A DNA stretch of 61,866 bases, counting the filler, from Catajapyx aquilonaris (lineage: Eukaryota), in the NCBI GenBank assembly GCA_000934665.2. It is 4 parts of 4 records of this genome, joined end to end, with 100 filler letters (N's around TTAATTAATTAA, not from the genome) between each part and the next. Parts side by side here need not be neighbours in the genome. Positions count along the whole stretch, not along the records: positions 15,281 to 31,325 come from KZ539706.1; positions 31,426 to 46,596 come from JYFJ02007574.1; 2 more parts are not named here. One strand, written 5' to 3'. Position 1 is the stretch's first letter. Every line of letters begins with the position of its first letter. Below are positions 23,092-34,995 of the stretch, piece by piece. The notes below the pieces were generated by a model. The model worked only from the letters and a program-made list of their open reading frames with translations. It was not told where the DNA came from and searched no databases. The position numbers were made by a program, and so were the translations under genes.

Positions 23092-26000
23092 GGGGGGGGG
23101 GGGTGTGTGTGTAAATAACTCAGAAGGTGGGTGCACTCTCACATTCAAGCGTTTTAAGAGTACACCTCCTGCTCCATATTTATGCATATTTACTTTTACG
23201 CAATCAAAACAAAGATTCTCTTCCAAGCACTTCACTTCCTTTGTCTGCAAAAATGATTTATTGAGTGTGGTTGCTAATAATGTTAGATGAAAAAGTGAAA
23301 CTCAGTTATATTAAGCTATACAAATTCAAGTTTTACACAAAAAAAAATGCATTTCTAAGTCTCCATTATTCAATATTTTCCACTTTCAATTCACAACAGG
23401 AGGTGCAAAGAAAGGTAAATAATTTTTCTCTTAACATTTCAAGCAATGGTAGCTTGTGATTAATTTCTTGAAAGGCCAATTGTTAATTAAAACTTGAAGG
23501 AATGATATTAATGTGTCCAAAATCATATCCACCTATTGTACTGCCACATTGAACCTGTGTACCCTGCTTTACAAATCCATTTATTTCATTAAATACCTCT
23601 TTTAGTCAGCAATTATCATTGCAAAATATCAGTCACAATTTACCATGACTTGAAAAAATTATAAAGAAAATCATCAAACATTCCTTATGAAATTGAAATT
23701 TTCATAAAATCTGAATCTTCAGAACATAAATGAGTTTCACTTTTTATCTGACATTATTAGGAACCATCTTCTATAAAAATATTTCGTAGTTGGAGAAAAA
23801 ATTATCTTGGAATAGATTCTTTGCGTTACATGAGCTTGGCACACATACTTAGCAATTAAAATTAGGAAGAAGTTTTGATGCAGTATGATATACAGTGCAT
23901 TTATTTTGAACTTGGACAGTCTGGAAAAGAATACAAGGTCATTAACACAGCCAGAGGAAAACTGCACCCAGTCTAGATCAAGTCCACTGTTTGCTAACAT
24001 GGTGCAGTATTGAAATATAAGAGAAAAATTTATTATCTGACTGCATGTACTATATCGCTCAAAAACATAGAGACGAATTTGCATTTGACTCAAGTGCAGA
24101 GGAATTCTGTATGTAACATCAGGTTATAGGCGGTTTTTACTGCCTTCATCGTGCGCATGCAATCTTCGTTTGGAAAAAGGTAGCAGTTTTGAGTACACCC
24201 TCCCACACCAGGTGAAGGCACAGCGATCATTGCCTCGGGCATTTATGACCACTCTGGAGGGCGGGGGAATTTTTGGTGGTGGGGTGGAAATTAGGGGCCT
24301 TTTGAGTGGTGGTGTGGAGGTTGGGGTGGCTGGAGCAGCTCCGCCCGGATTTCGTACGAGGATGGCACAAATAAGATGGCCCGACTGCCTTTTCATGTGG
24401 CCTTCTCACGCCGTTCACTCTCACACGAGGCCCCCTAGACCCTCGCGTCTACTTCCGAGCTGAGGGTACGGCATGAGAAACAAATGCTATTTTTAATGTG
24501 TGGGTTCGTGCGCTTCAAGGCACAATGTGGGCAGTGAAAATCGTGTATTATTTAAAAATGATTTGTACCCAAGTGGATGATAAAGCCCTTGCAATTTCCT
24601 AAACTTCTCTTGGTTCAGCCCTGGCTAGAAGCTTGGTGGCAGTCAGTTGTAATAGGCCTTGCACAGTTGCACCAGCCCTGTGTTGCAATTTCATGACAGG
24701 GTTCTTTCAAGGACATAGTTCCATCAAAAGTTTTCCTTATATCTCACAATTTTCCTGAATTCCAGTCTAGCTAAATGGGGTTTTAGAAGGCTGAAGGGAT
24801 ATGGGTCCATATCCCTCTGAATACATTATACTTCAAACACCTTTTTACAATAATTCCTCAGGAAAACCCCAACCAAATGACCCCCATGTACAAAGTGTCA
24901 TTTGAAAACCTTCATCCTCTCACGACAACGCAACATGCAAACGGCATCTGCCAAACTGGCCCCCAGCCTCCTTTTGGCTTTTGCAAACCTGGTAGCCTAG
25001 AGTTACAGAATGAACCATGATGTAATACCACTCACCTGTGAGGCACAGTCGCAGAGGTGGAGGTTGGGGTGGTACATCTTGCAAAACGTATTCAGTAGGA
25101 TTTTCCAAAAACTGTGCCTGGGCATCCTCTGAAGTACAAAAATAGACCTGCAAGTGGCAGAAAGTCATATGATGTTATTTATACCATAAGGTCACCTACC
25201 ACAAGTGTAGTGAACTTGATGATTATTGTTACGATAAACTGTAGGTTACAAATGGTAGGCAATGGCAATATCTGGGGTGTTCAATAAATGTAATAAAATA
25301 AGTATATTCTCACAGTATATTACTGGCAGCCCCCGAAGGGGCCGACAGTCCCATAACGGGGTATGTAAAATAAAAAATAAAAATTGCCAGGCATGATTAC
25401 AGCTGCATAAAAGGAGAGTGAGCTTTTCTGTAGTTAGTTGATCAGCCAGTTACAAAGTTTGGGTGGGTGATGCTTACACGTACAACAGCACAATCATACC
25501 TTGTTGTTATACACGGCACAGTAGTCAAGCTTTCCTGTTCGTAACACCCACTTCTCTTTGAAGGTAACAGGGCAGAAGTGCTTCAAATTACCCAGTTCCT
25601 TATTCTGATAGTCTGGTGCAACAATTTCTACAGGCTGAAGAGATCACCAGAAGGAACGGAATAATGAAAATTGTGGAATGAAATCTATGCATATAAAGTG
25701 TTAATAACAAACCATTTCTTCAAATGCTTCTTCCAGTTCATTATCGGAATGATCATCATACTCTGCAGAGGGTGGTCGGTATGCATGTTTTCCTTTTTTA
25801 AATGAGGGTCGTTCATCTCCCTCCTCATCATCCACATCATCATCCACCTCCTCATCACTGTCCTCATCCTTCATATACAACAGGGGATTGAGCATTTCAT
25901 CATTATCACAGTCCATCTCCTGCTCATCATCTTCATCGTCCCAAGCTTTTGATTGATATTTGAAAGAAGCTGCAGGGCAAGGAAAAAATTAGCTAGCTCA

Positions 26001-28072
26001 CAGGACATTTACCATTGCTTTTACACACCCATGCACACAGAGGACGTTTCACTAGGTGGCCTCCCTTCCCCCCCCATCAAAGAATCAGCTATATTTTTCT
26101 TCCCACTCTACATAGAAATATGACGTTTTTACAAGTGGTCTTGATCCTTGAGAAATGCGCAGAAGTGATTATTATCACCCTGTCACATGACCTGGGGCGT
26201 TAATTGATTATGTTAGGTGCCACATGAGTGTGTCACTGCATCTTTAAATGCCATGCAGAATGGCTATATCGGGGATATTTGATCTTCACAAAAAAATTCT
26301 CCTGTGAAGAGGTCCATGACCCTATCCCCTGACAGTTACCCCTTCAGCTTTTTAATGCTGATCTGCTGACTGCAATTCCCAATAACATATGACCTGCAGT
26401 GATGCAAGTCGATGGTGTTACCTCCCTCATGCAATTAGGTTGTACCTATTTTTATTTTTTTAAATGGGGTGCAGTACATGTGTGGAGTCACATGGGACGT
26501 GACAATTTTTCCATGATTGACAGGTTTCCCTTACATCTGTCCAAAAATACATTGCATGTCCTATGCCTGTTCCCAGAACCAATTCCACAATGGACAAGTT
26601 TCCGACTTACTCAGGGTCCCTTATGGACACGTTTCACCGTATTGTCTTTTAAATATTGTGCCATTTGAATTTGCTATGAACTTATTTAATGCCATTAATA
26701 GTTCCTAGTGCAACCACTATCATTTCATGTCTGAAAAAATTGCATCGCCATAATTTCCAACCTAGACTCCACAACTTAATTTAATTTAAATTAAATTAAA
26801 TTAATTTTATTTTATTGTACCCCGTGATGACCCTTACGCAGTGCCGGTGAAACAGATTCCGCCCAAGTGGTGAGTAACAAGTAGGGGAGGGGCCGAGGGG
26901 GGGACGTCATTTTCGAAATTCAAAACAACTGCAATTATTACGGGATAAACGAGTAAGAGGAATATTACCAAAAACGATTTTCATTTATTTGCGAGAAAGT
27001 GCGAATACAGAACTACCTTTCGAATTTTTCGACATGAATTCGTCCATTAACTGTTCATCATCAAGTTTGTGGACCTCTTCGGAATAAAATATGCAACATT
27101 GTTACGTCGTTCAATCGATTTTGGGACATCGTCGTTCGAAGATAATTTTTCAGGGGTTTCAGGACCGAAAAACATCTTTCATTTGTTCTGATGAGCATAA
27201 CAATTTTTTTCTGTTGATATTTCTTTTCATTTGACCATTTGCTCCCCGATTTCGGGTGGGGAGTGTTCCACACCCACACCAGGTCTTTCACCGGCATTAC
27301 CCACGATTATTATATTAATCTGACAGTGGCGGATGTGGGGGGGGGGGGGGGGGGNNNNNNNNNNNNNNNNNNNNNNNNNNNNNNNNNNNNNNNNNNNNNN
27401 NNNNNNNNNNNNNNNNNNNNNNNNNNNNNNNNNNNNNNNNNNNNNNNNNNNNNNNNNNNNNNNNNNNNNNNNNNNNNNNNNNNNNNNNNNNNCCCCCCCC
27501 CCCAGAAAAAATTTCTGGATCCGCCCCTGTAATCAGATGTAGTGAAACAATTCCACCCACGACTGACTTACCTGTAATCATGTTTTGGACTTTTTTTGCG
27601 ATGGCCTCCACATCCATGTCATTAATTTCTATTTCTCTTATAGTAAGATGTGCTGTTTCAATCAGTTCATCAATCTGTCTTGTTTCTGCTTTCACTTTGT
27701 TCTTGAATTCAGCATAATCTTCTGGAGCAGTAATTTCTGATTCCTCTGGAACAACCTGTAGCTCCCTTTCCCCACGAAGTCCCGATGTAGAGGGACTCGG
27801 ATGGTAATTGTTCAAGTCACACCACCTCTGCAGTACAACTGAATTGTCAGGGTCACTCAAGTAAACCACATCATCAGGGGTAACAGGACTGCGGAGCAGG
27901 AATCCCCAAACAGTTGGTGACACAGGAAGATTCTCCACTACCCAACCCCCATGGGGGCTACAAGCAGGATCAGCAGCATGTCTTTCAGCCTCAATCTTGC
28001 TTACACAATCCTGGAGCTTCTCAAGGTACATTTCCCCAGGCAAGAGCAACTCTTCCCTATTCACCAACTTAC
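19862..28072 (-). CDS. AK9: Adenylate kinase 9-like, internal exons only: 28072-27572, 25969-25713, 25634-25500, 25147-25036, 22796-22532, 22302-22080, 19958-19862
   Basis: All seven exons have AG/GT borders and compatible phases (1,0,0,1,2,0). The joined peptide contains GGWVVENLP, LGNLKHFCPVTFKE...VYFCTSEDAQAQFLENP (YHS-like), PPPLRLCLTGPYGVGKT (P-loop), KTGKKIGPEY and EPYRSTGFILDSFP, in the order recalled for AK9. Start and stop exons were not located. Confidence 0.88.
20461..20756. mobile_element. hAT-like MITE
   Basis: TIR (T/C)AGAGGTTCCCAAACT / AGTTTGGGAACCTCTG; internal TCGCGGAGCACTT repeats. Confidence 0.7.
27090..27200 (-). mobile_element. hAT transposase dimerisation-domain fragment in an AK9 intron
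   Basis: NERCFSVLKPLKNYLRTTMSQNRLNDVTMLHI fits the hAT C-terminal ERxFSxL...LRxTM..RL motif. Confidence 0.8.
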
Positions 28073-29070
28073 CTGTTTTCAATGGAAATATAACAGGGAT
28101 TAATTTCATTAATAGAAACATAATTATCAACACTAGATTCACTGCAGCTTGAAGCTCATTTGGGAGTGACTGGCAATAAAAAAATAAAAAAGAGAGAATC
28201 TGCTGGCTTATTACTGACATGTCATCTGAAATTGTGTTCAAAGTCCACAGCAAGAACTGATGTGTATGGCTGTGGCAGTTTGAGTCACAGCAGAAAAGTG
28301 CTCTCTCAGTAACTTCATTTCAAAGAGCTTCACCAAAGTAGTAGAAACTGGAACACTTTTGGCATTTACATTTTAAAATTCACCATCGTGCAACAACTCT
28401 TGAAATGGAGATCACCAGCTGTGCCTGGGTGCCACCTCCAGATAGGATAAGTATAATTTGCTTGAGCAAATTTGTAGTGCCCTGGCGGAGGAGGAAAAAT
28501 GCTACCCTACCCCCCCAGGTCACTTGTGGCTATCCCTTCAACAATGAGTAGTTGGTCCAAGAAAGCTTAGCAAGACAATATAAATTTGTGTGTCTTGGAG
28601 CACACCATTCTACCTGCAGAGTAATTGACAAATATTTATATTTGAAACCAAAAAGAGTCTTGTGCTAATATTTTGGTAGGATATGTCGACAAAGTTTGGG
28701 GGTAGCCCTACACAGCAAAATCAGGAGGTCAAGGTCAGCAGAATTATTTGTGGAATCTTTAAAATTAACAGAGAAAAAATGATGACCTAAGCAAAATTGG
28801 TGGGGCTTTATCTTAGACTCTTTGTGTCCTGAGAAAATTACAAATTGTGTCTCTAGTCAGTACAACCAAAAAAGCCCCTGAGTAACAGCTAACTTTGCAT
28901 CAAAAATATTTGAGTCCACAATACCGGTTTTCCCCAATAGACCATTGAATGAAACTGTTGGGCCACAACCTGGCCCCTCCCTGACTTACATAACTTGATC
29001 ATTCCACAACATTATAAGTAAGTTGTATTTTACATAACTGGGAACATGTTTCAATTATTATTCAATATAC

Positions 29071-29433
29071 CGGGCAGGCATGGTGGCCAAGTTGGTAACA
29101 ACTCGACTTGCTGAGTGGAAGGTCCCGGGTTCGATCCCCGCCCAGGAGCTCCCTTTCGCCTGCATCAGGAGGGTCTCTGACCCGTGCCTTGGGGGTGTCT
29201 AGCAACCTAACCTCCAGGGAGACTGCATATGACCCAGTTTCAGACACACCAGACATTGCACTAGCACCTGTGTCTCCTCCACAAAAATCCCCATCCCTAC
29301 AGAGTTCGAATAAAAATATACTAAAAAATTGATTGAGAAAATTGTGGTGTTCCACACCCCTCAAAGAGCGCTGTCCTCTCTCAATGGGGTAAGTAATAAA
29401 AAAATATAAAATAATAAATAATAATAAAATAAA
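29071..29433 (+). mobile_element. tRNA-derived SINE, family B
   Basis: TGGCCAAGTTGGTAA (A box), GGGTTCGATCCC (B box), A-rich tail, approximate duplication TCAATATA..CC. Confidence 0.85.
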
Positions 29434-29669
29434 TCAATATACCATAATGTACTACATCGCTCAAAAAGATGGGAGACAATTAGGCATTTGGTTTCAATGC
29501 AAAATCGTCTCTCTCTTTTTGAGCGATATAGTACCTTACACATGGTATTAAAGTCACTGTCTTATCCTAATTTAGGCTGTTGCGAGTAGGAAATGGTTCC
29601 CCGCAATTCCCAGAAGTGAGTCATAAATGTCTTTCATGTGTAAAGTGAGTGAAAAAATGAGTCAAGGTG

Positions 29670-29965
29670 GGCTAACTGTGGTCTTGTGGCTATGCTATGG
29701 GCCAGCCAAGTGGGAGGTCCATGGGTCAAATCTTGTCCCCGTCACCTTCGCTTGGTCAGGCCAAGGTTGCTTGGTCACCCAACGTGTCTGGACAAACGTA
29801 CACTCCCTTCTCTGCCCGTGGCCAAGAGAAAAGGTCTGGATTTTCAAAGAGTCCTAAATAACTTGAATACTACCCTTGGGAACCGTTCCCTTCCCCCAAG
29901 CCCATGGACCATGGCGTTATATTGAAATAAGCACTTGTGATGTACTGAATGTACACTAAAATAAA
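29670..29965 (+). mobile_element. Diverged SINE, head family A
   Basis: GTGGCTATGCTA...CACTCCCTTCTCTGCCCGTGGCCAAGAGAAAAGGTCTGG is homologous to the 17959 copy. Confidence 0.7.
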
Positions 29966-30037
29966 GGTCCCAGTAATGCCTCATAAAAGATCAGCACTAC
30001 CCAAATTATTTAAAATTATTACTATTAAATTAATCTA

Positions 30038-30507
30038 CATAGTGGCCACAAAGTAAGGAGTATCTGTTTGATGAGCAATAAGTCAATAAGGATATTTTAA
30101 TGAAAGCAAATAAAACTACAAGAAAACACGTATAGAGTCAGAAAAACATAATGCATACGGAATTTCCAACCTGGGTCAACTTAGGTCAACTTGGGCACCA
30201 TTCAAGTAGATGCAAGCATAAAATCTTATTTCGCCCTTCTCATGCTATTATGCTGATCAACGCACGAATTAGAATGAAACTCCTCAATAATAATTTGGCA
30301 AAGATGAGTCATATCGTGTTTTGAATGATTTGGCATGCTTGTATACTTGATTGTTTTAAATATCCACTAAGGAAAAAGTCAGCTAGCTAATGCATTATGT
30401 TTTCCTGACTCAATACATGTTTTCTTGTCATTTTATTTACTTTAATTAAATTTCCTTCTTGACTTATTGCTCATCACACATGTGCCCCTTACTTCGTGGC
30501 CACCTTG
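30038..30507. mobile_element. Tc1/mariner-like MITE with ~120-bp imperfect inverted repeats
   Basis: TA|CATAGTGGCCACAAAGTAAGG...TGATGAGCAATAAGTCAA pairs with TTGACTTATTGCTCATCA...CCTTACTTCGTGGCCACCTTG|TA. Confidence 0.75.
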
Positions 30508-30949
30508 TAGATGGGAAGATTCAAGTCTCAACATGTAATTTAATGCATTTTTTGCAATAATCTGCATTTTATGCTCCGTAACTTTGTTGCATTGATGTTT
30601 TTGCATGTAAAGTCATTTTGCGCACGTTGATATACATTTTTAAATGCAAATCTGATCTATTTAAGTCAGGGACTTGCTGTATTGCCTGATTTTTAAACTG
30701 CATGCCAAATATTTCTTTTTAAATAAAGAGGGTCCACTAAAACAACTAACTGGAAATACTTTGCCACAGTCTTAGGCCAATGAGAGAAGCCAAGAGCTTG
30801 GAGAAGCCAATGATAATTTACACTCCTGCGCGGAATGTAGAACCTGGTTTGAGACGTCTGGACAAGTGAGTTCTGTATTTGGCATCATACCCAAGTTACT
30901 AACTCAGATTCTTGCATCAGAGTTCTGAGGTGTAACCCAGTAGGTAGCA

Positions 30950-31190
30950 TAGTGGCATAGTGGTTGGGTTAGTGCCACAGCCTTCCACCTCTGAGGTCCT
31001 GATTTGATCCCTGGGTCAGTTTCTCTCTGAATAAGTTAAGATGAGTTTTGACCATGTACACGTAAGTTTTCTGGGCGGTTCTCCCACTTACTCCCACATG
31101 CCAAAGACATCAGCTGCACAGTCAATGAAAGAAGTTGGGTATTTACAAGAGGATCCCGTAGAGGCCACAGGCCTACTATGGGGCTAAACA
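30950..31190 (+). mobile_element. Degenerate tRNA-derived SINE with a V-domain-like core
   Basis: GTGGCATAGTGGTT head, degenerate B box, and TTCTCCCACTTACTCCCACATGCCAAAGACAT, which resembles the V-SINE core. Confidence 0.45.
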
Positions 31191-31211
31191 ATGCTCATAA
31201 GGTAATTATAC

Positions 31212-31325
31212 CAGGGTGTTTATTGTAACTCTGCAAAGACTTTCAGGGGTAATAGAGGGGACCAAGACAAGTATTTTTGACTTAGGAACCCGTGTCCGGA
31301 AACGCCATCTAGAGGGGGTTCATAG
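31212..31325. mobile_element. Second copy of the 14845 Tc1/mariner-like terminus, at a contig end
   Basis: Near-identical to 14845-14958. Confidence 0.75.
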
Positions 31326-31425
31326 NNNNNNNNNNNNNNNNNNNNNNNNNNNNNNNNNNNNNNNNNNNNTTAATTAATTAANNNNNNNNNNNNNNNNNNN
31401 NNNNNNNNNNNNNNNNNNNNNNNNN
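31326..31425. other. Artificial contig linker
   Basis: 44 N + TTAATTAATTAA + 44 N. Confidence 0.97.
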
Positions 31426-31645
31426 GGCGCAATGTTCTCAGCTCCCTGGGTGTCGTTGTCCTAGGACGTCCGGTACGACGTCTTGGTAGCAAGCTCCCTG
31501 TCTGCGCATATCGCCGAAGCAGATCCGAAACAGTTCTCTGTGGCAGTTGAAAAGACCGTGCGATGTCACGGCCGGACCTTCCCGCGTTGTGGGCTGTCAG
31601 TATGGCTACTCGCAAGTCCTTTTGGAGAGGTCTTCCACGTACCAT
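31426..31645 (-). mobile_element. Tc1-family transposase N-terminus (paired-like HTH), cut by the contig end
   Basis: MVRGRPLQKDLRVAILTAHNAGRSGRDIARSFQLPQRTVSDLLRRYAQTGS...RTGRPRTTT: HTH followed by the GRPR motif. Confidence 0.88.
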
Positions 31646-34600
31646 GGTCAAACCTTCCAGCGCAGAGTTCGAGCATGAAATGATGCCTGCTATCTCGAAA
31701 GGAACTTGCCAGAGCATCGAGTCATTGTACCTGAGCGAATTCATTTGATGCAGCGCGCGCTGTGAGCGAACACTTCTGACTCCCATCGCGCATTTTAAAA
31801 CCTCTGTGACCTAGGTCATATGTGCGCTGGAGGAGGCATTTTTGTGCCATCGTGTGGGCAAGATGCCACTCTATACGTAGGCGACCTTCATGACACCCTA
31901 TTTATGTGCAATTAATTTATATTTCGTCATTTCCATATTCTCAACTGGGAAATATCAGGGTGAGCGAAATATTCTGGGTTTGGGCAAGTATATATTTTCC
32001 AACAGTGCATAGTCACTTCCCTTTGCTGGTTAATACCGGTATATGCAAGACTCGCATGCACGAAGAGAATGACAGCGAGGATGTCGCACATATTTTGAAC
32101 AGCGTCAGCAAGCACGGCCGTCCTTCGCATGTTTGGAATCGACTTGCATGTGACGGAGGCGCGGAAAATGTTTAAGGCAATAGTCACCAAGCTTCTAAAT
32201 AAACCTGCAATAAGCAGGTGCACACAAAAAAATATAAAAAAAGCAGGAGGGTAACGGGGCTGATGGCTGAATGAGACGGCGGCCACACAAGGCCGCTCTC
32301 ATAACACTGGCTGGCTGGATGGCCTGATGTGTGTGTCACACCAGCAACAATTAGTGATGCCAGATTAAATCCCAGGCCCGCTATTAAGTCCTCGGGTACG
32401 CTAGCTCCATTAAAGTTGCTCATTTCCCGGCCTCCTCTCAGAAGATGATGGGAAGGCAAAAACCGAGGAAGATGGTATATAGAATATATAGAAGTAAAAT
32501 GCATTGTATATGGCAGCGGAACCAAGCAGATTGCTTGTATACTTCTTAATACGGGCTTCGTGACAAGTCCCCATCAAGGCGTCAGAGAGGCAGGGTAGAC
32601 CCCCACTCTTAATCTACCATTACTGATGCTGATGCCGCTGCCTCCCTTCTCGGTTGTGGACCCAAACAAATCACCCGGAGTACGAGATCATCAGCGAAAA
32701 AGTAGATCCTATGTGGAGAGTTGAAGTCCATTATACTGTGCTGATGTTGCGGACCAGCCTTTTTGCTCGATACAACCGATCTCACGCCCTCAACTATATA
32801 CAATTCACTCCAATCAACAATGAACATGCCAAGTGGCACAAATCCACAGTTGAAGAAATGTCATTTTCATACTAACAATTAAGCAGTGCAATTCAGTGCA
32901 GGCCAGCAGCATTCCCAATAATAATGTAGTTTTTACAATTTCAGGCCAACTCGTACTGAATAGGTGGATCCCCCTGCATGTGATAGAAGCGTGAGTAAAA
33001 TTAAAGTGTCGACCAGCACCTATACTTTGACAGGAAGGCCGAATATCGCGTGACAAAGTTGCGTAATAATAATTACTGTACAGCGATGCCAGACGACATT
33101 ATAGGTAATGTCACACATGCAGCACTGTATCGCCACCCATCAAGAGCCTCTCTCTTTATTTTCTCTCAGATGCTTCAAATTTGAAACAACACCAGCATAA
33201 GAATGCACAGCGTTTATATATCTATATAAAAAGTTGGCCTCCGGTGTAACAACCGATTATTACTGCTAAACTTAGTTTTTTAGGAGGGACGTGTGCAACG
33301 GCCAGAAAAATGTTCCCGCCGCCGAAGCGATCGACAAAAGGCAGTTTGGTTGGAGGTCTGCTGGAAAAAGAGAGGAGAAGAACGAGGAGGAGAAGAAGAA
33401 GAAGAAGAAAGTTTTTCCTAATCACAAATTGTGCTGGGAAAATATCCAGCCTGCTGGCCAGTCATTCATTTTCCCAATTCCTTCCTGATCGACAGGTTTG
33501 GGAAGTAAGGTAAACCGCAATTTTGTCCCAGAGAGAAGGCGGAGGAGAAGGAGGAGAAGAAAAAGTCTTATCCAGGTAAGGGAGAGAGAGGGGGGGGGGG
33601 GTTGAAACTGGAAATTTCTCGGCAGAAAAAGGAAGGAAGCAGGGCTTATTTGGTGGAATGATTATCCAGGCCTGCGAGGGAGGCATCGAGTTAACAAAGG
33701 GGTAGAAGGAGCGAGGTGTGGTTTGTGAGTGACACCCGTCATACCTCAGATGGGCATGTTATAATTTGATGCCGGGGTGCACCAGTCCATCCCTCCCTCT
33801 GCATTTTTTAGATTTATATAAAAAAACCAACAACGAAACCAACCAGGCCACAATAATGGCTGCCGGCCAATATACACAACCTGAAAACGGGGCCTCTGGC
33901 GCGTCCATACCCTGCAATAATAACTGCATCGTCCGCTTACAATGGTGCAATGGACCTCATTATTATCAGCGGGAAAATTTGAACTCCGGGTATCTTCAGC
34001 ATGCAACAATGCGAAGGTAGACAAAAGCAGTATAAGACCATTTCAAAAATTTCGCACCTTTCTGACCATTCCCTGGTGAATAGTGAAATCGACATGGAAC
34101 TAATTATTATCGAGATATATTCTTGTCATTTCTCTCCACTTAATATCACAGCGCTTTAAAATTGAAGATTCCATCCCCTTAATACATTATCTTCACATCT
34201 ACAGTATTTACGTACAATTTCCCGTTTCGACCGTTAGAACAGGCCATAATTTTGCTCTCTTAAAAATGAATCGTTTTGAATATATAAAAAAGTAGTTTAA
34301 AAAATTAAAAACATTGGATCAAAACCCAACTGTTGCTTCTATCTCACAAAAAGCCAATCAATCAATCAATCAATCAAGTCTGTGCCCTCATATTCACTTA
34401 GAATATATATTCAAAAAGTTCGGCTATGCGCTTGTCCATGAATTCTGCTGGCAACACGAGGCTCACAGTATTCAAATTAAACGTAACCTTCTTATCGTTG
34501 TGAATCTTGCCCAAATAGTTTTCGTGTCAAGCGGATTTCCTCACGCAATGGAATAAGGAGAGGGGTTCAAAATCCTGATAAGTCCGTTTTTTGTGTGTTT

Positions 34601-34870
34601 TTCTGTGCGGAAATGTGGAGCAGGTACCCGGCATTTAAAAAAATTTGATGTACTGCAATTACCTTATATACATGGCCTCGTTTTGTCAGTATTCGAATCC
34701 AAATAGGTGCATGCCAATGAGGATATCCTTGCAACTTGTCCACACCTGATGGATCAGCTGCTCAGCCTTTACCTGCTGATCAAAATAATGTAATGTTATA
34801 TCTGATGAGCAGGCAGCAGACGGCGTTTCGTTTATTAAAATATTGCCAATCGTATGGGATTTCTGACTTA

Positions 34871-34995
34871 GGGCCGGTTTCACCGAGCTCAGTATATGAT
34901 AAAACCAGGGTATTTCTCAAAATCCTTATCTATTTGTATGGATTTTCCTAAAGAAACCTGGTTTTATCATATACCAAGCTCGGTGAAACCGGCCC
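34871..34995. mobile_element. PIF/Harbinger (Tourist)-like palindromic MITE
   Basis: TTA|GGGCCGGTTTCACCGAGC ... GCTCGGTGAAACCGGCCC|TTA; a related copy lies at 48673. Confidence 0.85.

Noticed and set aside
22797..23250. Poly-Asn N-terminal part of the 240-aa ORF
   Set aside because: Intronic read-through across an (AAT)n repeat; the real exon starts at the AG acceptor at 22796.
27315..27571. 3' extension of the 312-aa ORF through the N run
   Set aside because: Lies beyond the GT donor at 27571 and is open only because of ambiguous bases in a poly-G/C MITE.
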